Positions 48,461-58,183 of a DNA stretch of 64,000 bases are shown here, piece after piece. The notes beneath the pieces were generated by a model, which was not told where the DNA came from, searched no databases, and saw only the letters and a program-made list of their open reading frames with translations. Origin of the DNA: Candidatus Marinacidobacterales bacterium. GTDB lineage: Bacteria > Acidobacteriota > Vicinamibacteria > Marinacidobacterales > DATDRI01. The DNA lies in NCBI GenBank assembly GCA_965226495.1, contig OZ245365.1, positions 2,592,001 through 2,656,000 of the forward strand. The letters are read 5' to 3'. The translations under genes were made by a program, and so were the position numbers. Position 1 is the stretch's first letter, and each line of letters starts with the position of its first letter.

Positions 48461-48934
48461 TTAGTCGGCAACGACAGACTCCATACGGCCGCGAACGTGG
48501 TAGGTGCTTCCGGGGCTGACAAAAATAGCCATCCGGATAGTGTGATATCCATCAAGCCGAATTTCAATTTCGTGTTTTCCGGCAGGCAGATAGAGTCTCT
48601 GAAAGACACCGTCGAAGTCATCTACGACACCGGCGTGCGCCTCGTCCACATAAACTTCAACCTCATCGCGGGATTCCTTCGGGTCGACTTCGATCCGGAC
48701 GGCTCCTTGGTTGGAGTTACGGTTCGCCCCATAACCATAGGGACCGTAACCACCATAACCGTACGGTCCGTAGCCACCATAACCAAAGCCATGCCCGTAG
48801 TAGCCATGACCGTAGTAGCCATGACCGTAGCCATACCCGTAGTAGTGCTGGGCATCGGCCTTGGCCGGCAGTAATACGGTTGTCGCCGCGGCTATTACCG
48901 CCACTAAAGCCAAAGTCTTCAATGTGTCTAGCAT
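48461..48934 (-). CDS. Secreted protein with a Tyr/Gly/His-rich low-complexity segment and PEGA-like domain
   Basis: Signal peptide ..AKADA; YYGYGYGHGYYGH..; VYVD..GVVDDFDGVFQRL.LPAGKHEIEIRLDGY. GAGGAGG RBS precedes ATG 48934. Confidence 0.85.
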   Translation of the reverse strand: MLDTLKTLALVAVIAAATTVLLPAKADAQHYYGYGYGHGYYGHGYYGHGFGYGGYGPYGYGGYGPYGYGANRNSNQGAVRIEVDPKESRDEVEVYVDEAHAGVVDDFDGVFQRLYLPAGKHEIEIRLDGYHTIRMAIFVSPGSTYHVRGRMESVVAD

Positions 48935-49196
48935 TAGAGTGTCCTCCTCATAGTGAGTGCGCCTTAGCACCCGCTCCCGATAGTGAGTGCGACGGAGGAA
49001 GGAATTCTTACGCTCGCGTGGCCGGAGAACGACGGCCTCACCTGTACCAGGGAGGCCAAGGCGCAGGTCTTTGCCCATTAAGGCGTAAAAGAGCCAATTC
49101 AAGGCGTAAGAAATCGTCGCCTTCTTGCACTCACTATCGAGCGAAGGAAGAGAATGTCCCAAAGCCGAGAAGCCGGCTTTCTATGGAGGTCTTGAG

Positions 49197-49346
49197 ATGA
49201 TCACGAGAGATATTAACGGCAGGAAAAGGCCCGAAGGTTGGGTCGAGCGCAGACGCCGCATTCGGAAAACGTTCGACAAGACAGAGCACGAAGCCGCAAC
49301 TGAAGGGGGCGAAGCGAGAGAATTGCACTCCAACCAGGAGGCCTAA
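49197..49346 (+). CDS. Putative 49-aa basic small protein
   Basis: GGAGGT RBS; MITRDINGRKRPEGWVERRRRIRK..; followed by an AGGCCT..AGGCCTTTT hairpin. Confidence 0.45.
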   Translation: MITRDINGRKRPEGWVERRRRIRKTFDKTEHEAATEGGEARELHSNQEA

Positions 49347-49504
49347 GGCCTGGGCAGCAAGGCCTTTTGTTCGTGAGGATGGCAGAAAACAAAGGCATTG
49401 TTAAGTCTTTCACTGACAGCGGCCCGTTGTGAGGGTAGAGTACAAGTGGAGGTATTCGCGGGAAGGGAGGCCCGTGGCCCCGAATACAGGAGCTAGACCA
49501 AGTG

Positions 49505-51698
49505 ATGAAACAGACGGCGCGAGAGGTACAAACCCACGAGACGACTAAGCGGGTTCATTGTTCGGAGATCTGGGGCGGCATTCGGAACTTCGATAACGAC
49601 GTCGCTACCAGGCCGGTAACGACGAGTCTATTTTCGAGTTCCTCTAGCGGAAGAAAAGGCGGAGATATCTACTATTTCAGCGTCTGCGACAACGACGCAA
49701 TCGCTCGGATCGCACTCGCCGACGTGTCGGGCCATGGAGATGGGTCAAGTCTTAATTTTCCTGTCAAATCTCCGTACGGTTCCCCGCGCTCGGTTAAGCT
49801 GCTGATTCCTTCGACGTGCCTTGCGGGAGAAGCTCGTTGCGAAGCTCCTCGACTTTCCTAGCGGCGAAGACATCCATCCTCACGCCGCGCCATTTGTTTG
49901 CGACGGCCAAGAGCACAGCGAACGAGAGTTTCATCGCGGCCTCACTCGGTGAAGAAGTGAGGAATGACCTTTGTGCGACGTTTGTGCTCTCCGAACGTGC
50001 GCTCAAGTAGATTCGACGTGCGAAGCCTTTTGTGATGCGCCGCAGGAAGGCGTAGCGCCTGAAGACACGCTTCGAGGGTCTCTTCCATGCACTTCATCGC
50101 GCTCGGGAATCGTTGACGGTACCGAGCGATCACCTCCCGACCCTTCTTCAGCCCTTGCTCGTAGCTGTTCGCATGGAACGACTCAAGGATGGCCGCCTTG
50201 AGTTCGTCGCGCACTTCCTTCGGAGCCTTGCCCAGGATGTTCTCGAGGCGGTGCTTCTGGCAACGTTGCTTGAGGCTTCGAGGGAAGACCTCTGCGATCG
50301 CTTTGAGCACTCCAGGATTCCCGTCCGTCACGATGAGCAACGGCTCCCTCATTCCTCGGGCCACCATCTCCTGCAAGAACCCCTTCCAGTTCTCGTAGGA
50401 TTCTCGGTTGCCGACACCGATATGAAGAAGAACTCGCGTCCCATCAGCGCGATAGCCGGTCGCAACGAGGATGGGCTCTTTCCTCTCCGCTCCTTGGTGG
50501 TAGCGCAGGTACGTGCCGTCGAGCTCGAGATACAACAGCTTCTCGTTCGAGACAGACGATCCCGTTTTCGAAACGCCTCGAAATCCTCCGACAGACACCG
50601 TGTGACCCGGCTCACCACCGACTTCGAGACACCCGTGCCGCTCAGCACGTCCGCGAACGTCGCCTCAATGTCACGCGTCGACATCCCGTGGACGTACATC
50701 CGCGCGATCAGTTCATCGAGTTTCTCGGTCCGGCTCACGTAGGCGTCGAGAATCTTTGACTGAAACACCTTCTCTGTTTCTCGTACCTGCGGCACTTGCA
50801 CCGTTACCGCTCCCTCGCCCGTGAGGACCCGATGCGACTCATACCCGTTGCGTCGTCCCTTCTCCTTCGTCGTTGCCGGAGCGTTCTCATAGTAGTTTCG
50901 ACCCAACGCCTCCGTCACCTCGCGCTCCAACGCATATTGAAGCATCATCTGAGCTCCCGACCGGACGATCTCCGAGAGATTCATCTCCCCAAATACCAGT
51001 TGTTCCTCGAACTGCTTGAGCAATCGCTGACTCGGTAGTACCTTTCCCATGATGTATGGTTCTCCTTTTCTGTCCCCATGACCGGGACGGGTTTGAGCTT
51101 GGGGAACCATACATCGTTTTTCTTTGACAGGAATCTTAAGACATCACCTGGAGATGCCGTGACGAGCATGAGCCAATGGATTTACGATGGGCTCGCGGCG
51201 AGAATGAACATTACCGATACCAATAGTATTCTTGCCGACTTGAACCGCCTTGCCAACGAGTTCGGACGCAAGGCCTTCACCACCGCGGTCCTGCTCAGCT
51301 TTCGGAAAGACAACTCCACCCTGTACTTCTCCTACGCGGGACACCCTCCGGTATGGATTCGTCGGAAGACAGACGGGGTGTGGCGGCCTCTCGTCGAGGA
51401 GCCGCAGACGGAGGCTAGCAACCTACCCCTGGGTATGTTCGCTGAATCTGCCTATGATCAGAAACAGCTCCCACTGAGCTCGGGCGATCGATTGTTCGTG
51501 CATACCGACGGCATCACGGATGCCTTCGACACCAACGGTGACCAATTCGGGGAGGATCGACTTCGATCCGTTCTGACGGAAGCGGGGGACAAAAGTTTGT
51601 TCGAGCTCAAGCACCGCGTTCTGGCTGCGATTCGCTTGCACACCGGGGGCACGTTAGGCCACGATGACGTGACTCTAATGGCGGTGGAAGTTAATTGA
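49505..51698 (+). pseudogene. PP2C/SpoIIE (RsbU-like) phosphatase disrupted by IS256
   Basis: GGDIYY..LADVSGHGD | AVTSMSQW..AGHPP..HTDGITD..DDVTL. The IS sits at 49743-51148. Confidence 0.9.
49743..51148 (-). mobile_element. IS256 copy 2 (1406 bp), transposase frameshifted
   Basis: Near-identical to copy 1 in inverted orientation. TSD TGGAGATG at 49735-49742 and 51149-51156. Carries a +5-bp insertion near 50553 and +1 near 49944. Confidence 0.95.
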
Positions 51699-51713
51699 TG
51701 TGTCGGGTCTAGA

Positions 51714-52884
51714 ATGGTGAGAAGAATTTCTAGTACCACGCTGGCGGTGGTCCTTTGGACCCTCTGGGCTCCCCAGCTCTTCGCACAAGATCACGCGCCG
51801 CCCAAAGTGCGCGTGACACCGGATTATCTTTCGGGACCAGAAGCCGAAGCGGCAGCCCTATTCGCAAACGTACTGCCAACCGTGGTGACGATCTTCACCG
51901 CGAGCCGGGCCGTAACACCCGACGGTGGACAAGACGAGCGGGGCATCGGGAGTGGGGTGCTCATTTCGCCGGAGTGCCATGTCCTTACCGCGGCTCACGT
52001 GATCGAAGGTGCGGATGCCATTCTAGTGAAGACTCACGACGGAAACTTGCACGCAGCGGAGCTTCTCTATAGCGAGTCAGGCGCGGACATTGCTCTCATA
52101 AAACTGGTGGTACCCGAACCGGAGCTCGCGCACGCCCGACTCGGTGACTCCGATCGGCTGGCGGTGGGACAATGCCTGTTCGTCATCGGCGCTCCTTTCG
52201 GTTTAGAGCTCCTTTTCCGTCGGGCACATCAGCGGCTTCCGCGAGTTCGACCGCCTCTATGACGGCACGATTCTGGCAGAGTTCATCCAGACCGACGCCG
52301 CCATCAACTCTGGCAACAGCGGTGGACCGGTCTTCAACTCCCAAGGCGACGTCATCGGTATTGCTTCTCGAATCCTAAGCGCATCCGGGGGCTCGCAAGG
52401 GCTAGGTTTCGTGGTGGCCATCAACACGGCGAAGCAGCTCCTGTCCCTCGAAGACCGCGCCTGGATGGGTATCGAGTCGGTCTTCCTGTCCGGGGAAAAA
52501 CTGGGCCAACTGTTCAACCTGGATCTGGAAGGAGCCCTACTCGTTCAGCGCGTCGTCAAAGGTGGCCCGGCCGATAAGGCAGGCTTGCGGGGAGGCTCCA
52601 TCCCCGTCAGTATCCAGGGACAAGAGATTCTGCTCGGTGGTGACTTGATCTTGGAGCTGGGCGCCCAGGAAGCCTGTCACAGTGCGTGCCTGGTGCGCGG
52701 CGGCAAGAGATTGGGGGGACTGGATCGCATCCCCGTGAAATTCCTTCGTGGCGGCAAAGTCATGGAGGCCGTCATCAATGTGTCGAACACCCGCCGTAAC
52801 TTTTTAAAACCAGCCGCCACCCCAAACCGAGGTGTCGGCGAACAGCTGATCCGGAACGAAGAATCGCCCCGCCCCAGGGTTTAA
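51714..52884 (+). pseudogene. HtrA/DegP-like serine protease with PDZ, single frameshift at ~52209
   Basis: GSGV..LTAAHV..DIALIK..GAPFGLE; the other frame gives SFSVGHISG..IQTDAAINSGNSGGP, then PDZ GGPADKAGL. Confidence 0.85.
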
Positions 52885-55019
52885 GGAGGAAACTGTCTTA
52901 CGTAGTGATCGTAGGTAAGCTGCACCCTAGACACATAGGCAACCACCTCGGAGCCACGAACGTATCCATACCTCGCCGTGCGATGATAGCGCGGCTGCTC
53001 CAATAGAAGCATCGCTTTTTCGGTCTGACCGAACCATCTATCGGCGTCAAACCTCATGCGAGTCGCCAGACGACGAGCGTCCTCCACGTGACCCTCGCCC
53101 GCGTTGTACGCCGCCAAGGCGAATCGAATTCGATGCTTCAAGTCAATTCTCCGGTCAGTCCTCGAAAGCAGCAGGGACATGTATCTAATGCCCGCGTGGA
53201 TGTTCGTGTCGGCGGCGCGGATATCCTCGAATCCCAGCTCCTGGGCGGTTCGCGGCATCAACTGAAACAGACCTTCCGCCCCTGCCCAACTGCGGCTCCG
53301 AGGGTCGAAGCGGCTCTCGCGGAACGCCTGCGCCGCCATGAGTCGCCAGTCCAAGTTGTATTGCTTGGAGTACCTCTTGATGAGTCTGTCGTAGGGCGTG
53401 AGGCGCCCGGTCTCGGAGGCGCGCCTCTCCTTGGCCCGTCGAATACCCGCGCTGTTCTGAAAATACCGCTTGAATATGACGTTATACGCCAATCCCCGGT
53501 AGGACTTGGAAATGAATCCGTCGAGGAAAGCCCGGAGCTTGGGATTGTTCTTACGAGTTCCGAAAGCTATCTCTCTAGGATGTGGTTCCTCGTCGGAGTC
53601 GACCAGCGAGGGCAAAAATACTGCGGGCTGCACATCGTCTCGATAGGCGAGCTCCGCATCCAGGAGATGGGAATCGGCCACTGTTAGAGGAATCGTCCCC
53701 TCACCGACCGCGGCCACCAGATCCTCGATCTCTAGCTCCTCCGATGCCTCCACGATCGTAAACGGCCCGACCACGTCCTGGAGCGCTTGCAGCGTGCGAA
53801 AGTAGCTCGTGGATCTCTGCACGTGAATCTCTCGCCCGGTGAGATCCTCGATGGAACGAAGTGGTTCCTCGGTGTCGGCGGGCTCGACAATCACTTCATG
53901 CACATACAAATAGGGGCGCGTGAAGGCGATCTGTTCTTGGCGGTCGGGGGTAATCGACATGCTGGCCGCGATCACATCCCCGCGGCCTTCGAGAAGCCAG
54001 GGGATGAGGTCCGCGAATCTCGGCGGCACAACCATCTCGAGACGCACCCCCGCGTCGCGAGCCGCCATCTCTGCAAGTTCGTAGTCGAAACCCATCAGCC
54101 TGCCGCGATAGAGAAAATAGTTCACGCTATTGTTCCGCGTCAGCACTCGGATGGATCCTCGCCGCTCTATCGCGTCCAGGTCACCCGTGCTGGTCTCCGT
54201 CGAATGCTCGGTCACGAAGTGGCCAATCACAAAACTATTGGCAGCGGCCAAGAGCTCGGGGTTTTTCTTCCGGACCGCCCATCCCACTTGTCTTCCTTCC
54301 GCAATGGGAAAGAGCCGCACGACCTCGGTGTTATAGCTTTCGATCTCTGCGAGTTGGTTGCTATCGACGACCGTCAGAGATCGGCGTCCTAGGGTCACGT
54401 CGTTGACGATGGATTCGGTATCCCGTTCCTCTTCGACGTAGATGACCCGAAAATTCAAGTGTAGTTCTTCGTCAAGTTCGCGAAGCGTCCGAGTAAAAGA
54501 GGAGCTCCGGCGTACGTGAATCTCGCGTCCCACAAGATCCCCCATGCGCTGCGGCAAGTCGGGATCGCCCTTTCGCCCCACCAACCACTCGGACACGGTC
54601 GCCGTCGGCCGCGAGAATGCTACCAACTGAGCGCGCTCGGGGGTCATGGTGAGTTGGGCGGCTACCAAATCTGCGTAACCCCGCAGCAGTAGATTGAGCA
54701 CCACGGACCGGTCTTCGACTCGTATGAGCTGCGCCCTTACCCCAAGCTGCGTCGCAAACGAAGCCGCAAGTTCTTCCGCTCCTACCGCAGTTCCACCACG
54801 GCGAAGCGTCTCTGTGGTGGCCGCGGTCACCAGGACGCGGAGCGTCCTCCGTTCTCGGATGCGAGCGAGATCAGCGGTGTCGACGAAGAGCCCGGACGAC
54901 TCCCTCGGGGAGCTGTGAATGAAGATTTCGGCTGGACCCTCGGAAGGCGCGCGACGCTCGCAGGCAAGGAATAGGGTGGTCGCGGCTAGCAGGGTCGCGG
55001 CCGGCGCACGCCACGACAT
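52881..55019 (-). CDS. MltF-like lytic transglycosylase with two tandem SBP (family 3) domains
   Basis: Lipobox FLAC; two SBP_bac_3 repeats; SLT motifs AQAFRESRFDP, GLFQLMP, LAAYNAGEG, YGYVRGSE. Confidence 0.9.
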   Translation of the reverse strand: MSWRAPAATLLAATTLFLACERRAPSEGPAEIFIHSSPRESSGLFVDTADLARIRERRTLRVLVTAATTETLRRGGTAVGAEELAASFATQLGVRAQLIRVEDRSVVLNLLLRGYADLVAAQLTMTPERAQLVAFSRPTATVSEWLVGRKGDPDLPQRMGDLVGREIHVRRSSSFTRTLRELDEELHLNFRVIYVEEERDTESIVNDVTLGRRSLTVVDSNQLAEIESYNTEVVRLFPIAEGRQVGWAVRKKNPELLAAANSFVIGHFVTEHSTETSTGDLDAIERRGSIRVLTRNNSVNYFLYRGRLMGFDYELAEMAARDAGVRLEMVVPPRFADLIPWLLEGRGDVIAASMSITPDRQEQIAFTRPYLYVHEVIVEPADTEEPLRSIEDLTGREIHVQRSTSYFRTLQALQDVVGPFTIVEASEELEIEDLVAAVGEGTIPLTVADSHLLDAELAYRDDVQPAVFLPSLVDSDEEPHPREIAFGTRKNNPKLRAFLDGFISKSYRGLAYNVIFKRYFQNSAGIRRAKERRASETGRLTPYDRLIKRYSKQYNLDWRLMAAQAFRESRFDPRSRSWAGAEGLFQLMPRTAQELGFEDIRAADTNIHAGIRYMSLLLSRTDRRIDLKHRIRFALAAYNAGEGHVEDARRLATRMRFDADRWFGQTEKAMLLLEQPRYHRTARYGYVRGSEVVAYVSRVQLTYDHYVRQFPP

Positions 55020-55080
55020 GGGCGCATTATCTTGAAGGCGGCCCCCCACAGGCAAATGTGTGGGTGGGATCATCTGAGTG

Positions 55081-56721
55081 CTAGTTGCTCAATTCTCCCC
55101 ACGTCGGCGTTTCAAGCTGCACGTCTTCGTTCGCTAGTTCGGTGCGGCTGATGCCGTCATACTGATCCGCCACATCTGCCCAGGGGCGTAGGCGCACGGA
55201 GATTTTATCTCCAGTACGAAACTGCGCGGCGTCCTGGAGGACGTGGTCGCGCATTCCCCAGATGTAGACCACGGCCTCTCCCCCACTCACGCCAGCTTGA
55301 TCGCTCTCGAGATTACCCAGGTGCACAGCGGTGATGTGGTCCGCGTAAGGAACCGTACCCGGACGTGGAATCGGTGCGATTTCTCGGATGATTCCGGATG
55401 CCACGACCTCTCCCCCGGGTTCCGGAACGAAGAACTGCCCGGGCGTGGCTTCGCCCAGACTGAGGTCCACAAGCTTCCAATCGCCAACGGCTAGCTCGCG
55501 TTCCGCAAACTGGAAAATCACGAGCCGCTTTCCCGCGAGGCGATCCCGTCCGCTCGCGAGCTCCCGTCCCAGAAGCTCCCTTGTCGCAAACGCTCCGTCG
55601 GCATTTTGAACGATCCGATCGATGGGCCGTTGCATGAGAAAGCTGAGCTGCTCGGCGAATCCAGCGGAGTCTCCCCAACCCATCTCGGCCAGCGAATAGA
55701 TATTGCTGAAGCTGTCGCCGAGGAGAAGGACATCTGCAGAGCGGCTCGCTTGCCAAGATGCCTCGTTAGCGGTGCGAATCCGTCGCACTCGGATCGGTTC
55801 CTTTGGAAACCGAGATTGCCCTTCAGGCAAATCCAACATACGTGCCACGTCACCCAGGTTTGCGACGTCGAAGTTCTCACGAACGAGGTCGCGGACGGGC
55901 ACCGGCGGTAGGTCGACGGTCTGCGCGATGAAGTCTCGGAGATGGGCCGCCACCAGCTCCATGGCTTCAGGCCTCCAATGGGTGTCGGTCATTAAGTATT
56001 GGTGCGCTCCGGATCGTCGTTGGGCTTCCGCTAGGACCGGGGCTGGGTCGAAGACCAGTACACCGCGCTCCTCCAGCTCCTCAACAAAGGAAGCATAGGA
56101 AGGTGGCCGCAGCGGATCGCCAACTCCTTCGAAACGGCGGCTGAATCGTTCCGGATGAATCGACGGCTTCACGGGCGTGGCCATCACGATGAGTTGAATG
56201 TCCCTCTGTTCTAGTTGGATCTTTAGCTGCAGGATCGCCCGGCGTGGATCGGAAGCGTCCACAAAGCTGGGCCCGGTCAGATAATCGAGACTGTCCCGAA
56301 AGAAGAGCCATGGCCCGCGCCCGATGTAAGCCTGCTCGTTGCCAGCGCCGAGGTCGGCGAGAAAGTATTGAACGGGCGGCCGTAGCAACCGCGCAAGAAG
56401 CGTCTTTTCGCCCGTATCGTCGTCGAAGCGTTCAAGCTCCTGGATGACCACACGGTTCTTCCGAAAGGCTCGCGTTGGCAACGACGCGTGCGCTTCACCC
56501 CTGAGTGACGCCACCGGCGACGCTACGGCGCTGACGAAGCGGGATACACGGCGTCGCAGGCTGTCCGAGCGGTCGTGGACGATTTCGGTGAGTAAAACGC
56601 CACCGACCAGCAGAACAAACTGGCCCACTAGCAGCCAAGCGGTCCCGCGCCCGACCGTCGTGTGGCCGACTTCCCTTCGGGCTATCTCCTCCCGGGTCTG
56701 TTGCAGCGATTTCTCGGTCAT
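55081..56721 (-). CDS. AlgJ/AlgX-family O-acetyltransferase with an extra C-terminal domain
   Basis: WLFF, PVKPS, TDTHWRPE, LLLGDSFSN, FAEREL. Confidence 0.85.
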   Translation of the reverse strand: MTEKSLQQTREEIARREVGHTTVGRGTAWLLVGQFVLLVGGVLLTEIVHDRSDSLRRRVSRFVSAVASPVASLRGEAHASLPTRAFRKNRVVIQELERFDDDTGEKTLLARLLRPPVQYFLADLGAGNEQAYIGRGPWLFFRDSLDYLTGPSFVDASDPRRAILQLKIQLEQRDIQLIVMATPVKPSIHPERFSRRFEGVGDPLRPPSYASFVEELEERGVLVFDPAPVLAEAQRRSGAHQYLMTDTHWRPEAMELVAAHLRDFIAQTVDLPPVPVRDLVRENFDVANLGDVARMLDLPEGQSRFPKEPIRVRRIRTANEASWQASRSADVLLLGDSFSNIYSLAEMGWGDSAGFAEQLSFLMQRPIDRIVQNADGAFATRELLGRELASGRDRLAGKRLVIFQFAERELAVGDWKLVDLSLGEATPGQFFVPEPGGEVVASGIIREIAPIPRPGTVPYADHITAVHLGNLESDQAGVSGGEAVVYIWGMRDHVLQDAAQFRTGDKISVRLRPWADVADQYDGISRTELANEDVQLETPTWGELSN

Positions 56722-56722
56722 A

Positions 56723-58180
56723 TCAGAAGATGAAATAGATGAACGGGTTGAATCCTTGTGTCGCTAGCACCGCGATCGAGGTCAGCCACAGCCCGACTAT
56801 CGCAACGGCCTTCAGCGGCGTAATGGTGCGAGTCCAATCCCACGTCTGCGGACACGTCCACGTGATGACAGCGGCAAGAAGAACCGTGCCCAAGTAGTAC
56901 GGTTGATACAGAATCCCACTCAAGAGTCCGGCAGTTTCGTGCACCGCCTCCAATCCGAACATACTTCGAAGATAGAGGAGTGCGGCGGGCAGATCCTCCG
57001 CCCGGAAAAACACCCAGGTGATCAGCACGAGCGTAAACGTCACGGCGCGGCGGCCGACCGCTGGAAGCCAACGGTACGGAGGGGACTTTCCGCGCAGACG
57101 CTCCGCGGCAAGCAAGAGACCGTGCAGGCCTCCCCAGATGACGAAGTTCCAGGCCGCACCGTGCCACAGCCCCCCGAGCAACATGACAATCGCCAGGTTC
57201 AGATAAGTCCGTCGCCGTCCGCGTTTGTTCCCACCGAGTGGAAGATAGAGGTAGTCCCGGAGCCAGGTAGACAGCGAAATGTGCCACCGCCGCCAGAACT
57301 CGGTGATCGACTGCGCGAGGTAGGGAGAATCGAAGTTCTTGGAGAAGACGAATCCCAGCATGAGCCCCAACCCGATCGCCATGTCCGAGTAGGCGCTGAA
57401 GTCGAAATAGATCTGGAACGCGTAGCCGATGACGCCGTACCAGGCATCCACGACGCCAACGGATCCGGCGTTGAATGCGACGTCGGCTACCTTCCCGCAT
57501 GGATTGGCCAGGAGGATCTTCTTCGCAAGCCCAACGCTCACGAACGCGATTCCGCGGGCGAATTTTGTCACTGTGTGCGTTCGCTGCGAGAGTTGTTCGG
57601 CCACTTCCGAGAATCGGATGATCGGGCCAGCAACGAGCTGCGGAAACATCGAGACATAACAGGCGAAGTCGATAAAATTGCGGAGCGCGCGGGCGTGCCC
57701 CCGATAGACATCGATGGTGTAGCTCATCGACTGAAAGGTGTAGAAGCTGATCCCCAGCGGCAATACGACCGTGATGGCCCTTTGTATCTCGAGCTCAGGC
57801 AGCCCGAGCCAGGTCACGATCGCGTCAAAATTGCCGGCGGCGAAATTGAAGTACTTGAAAAAACCCAACAAGGACAGGTTGGAGACGATGGAGAAGATCA
57901 ACGCGGTTCGCTGTGCCCGGGACCGCGGGTCCCCCGGCTCGAGCTGTTGGATAGGACTCCCCCCGTCGCGCAAGCGGTGTTTGGAAATCGCCAGCCCGCA
58001 GAAGTAGTCGACCGTGGTGGATCCCAATAGCAAGAAAACAAACAGCGGGTTCGCCCACCCGTAGAATAAGTAGCTCACCAGGGTGAGAACGAGGTGCTTG
58101 GTGCGGCGCGGGACCGCGTAGTAAAGCAGCAGTGCAGCGGGGAGAAAATAGAAGAGGAAGAGATACGAGCTAAAGACCAT
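56723..58180 (-). CDS. MBOAT O-acyltransferase (AlgI/PatA/DltB family)
   Basis: MVFSS..FL, LPLGISFYTFQ, FPQLVAGPI, DFSAYSDMA, FWRRWHISLS, GLWHGA, NPFIYF.F. Confidence 0.95.
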   Translation of the reverse strand: MVFSSYLFLFYFLPAALLLYYAVPRRTKHLVLTLVSYLFYGWANPLFVFLLLGSTTVDYFCGLAISKHRLRDGGSPIQQLEPGDPRSRAQRTALIFSIVSNLSLLGFFKYFNFAAGNFDAIVTWLGLPELEIQRAITVVLPLGISFYTFQSMSYTIDVYRGHARALRNFIDFACYVSMFPQLVAGPIIRFSEVAEQLSQRTHTVTKFARGIAFVSVGLAKKILLANPCGKVADVAFNAGSVGVVDAWYGVIGYAFQIYFDFSAYSDMAIGLGLMLGFVFSKNFDSPYLAQSITEFWRRWHISLSTWLRDYLYLPLGGNKRGRRRTYLNLAIVMLLGGLWHGAAWNFVIWGGLHGLLLAAERLRGKSPPYRWLPAVGRRAVTFTLVLITWVFFRAEDLPAALLYLRSMFGLEAVHETAGLLSGILYQPYYLGTVLLAAVITWTCPQTWDWTRTITPLKAVAIVGLWLTSIAVLATQGFNPFIYFIF

Positions 58181-58183
58181 CAG

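Noticed and set aside
30665-51148. Composite transposon formed by the two IS256 copies
   Set aside because: Each copy has its own distinct TSD on both sides, so they inserted independently.
49743-51148. Programmed frameshifting in IS256 copy 2
   Set aside because: Copy 1 is a single ORF. The breaks in copy 2 are +5 and +1 insertions without slippery sites.
55081-58180. Alginate biosynthesis locus
   Set aside because: No alg8/alg44/algD/algE/algG homologs in the window; only acetylation-type genes are present.
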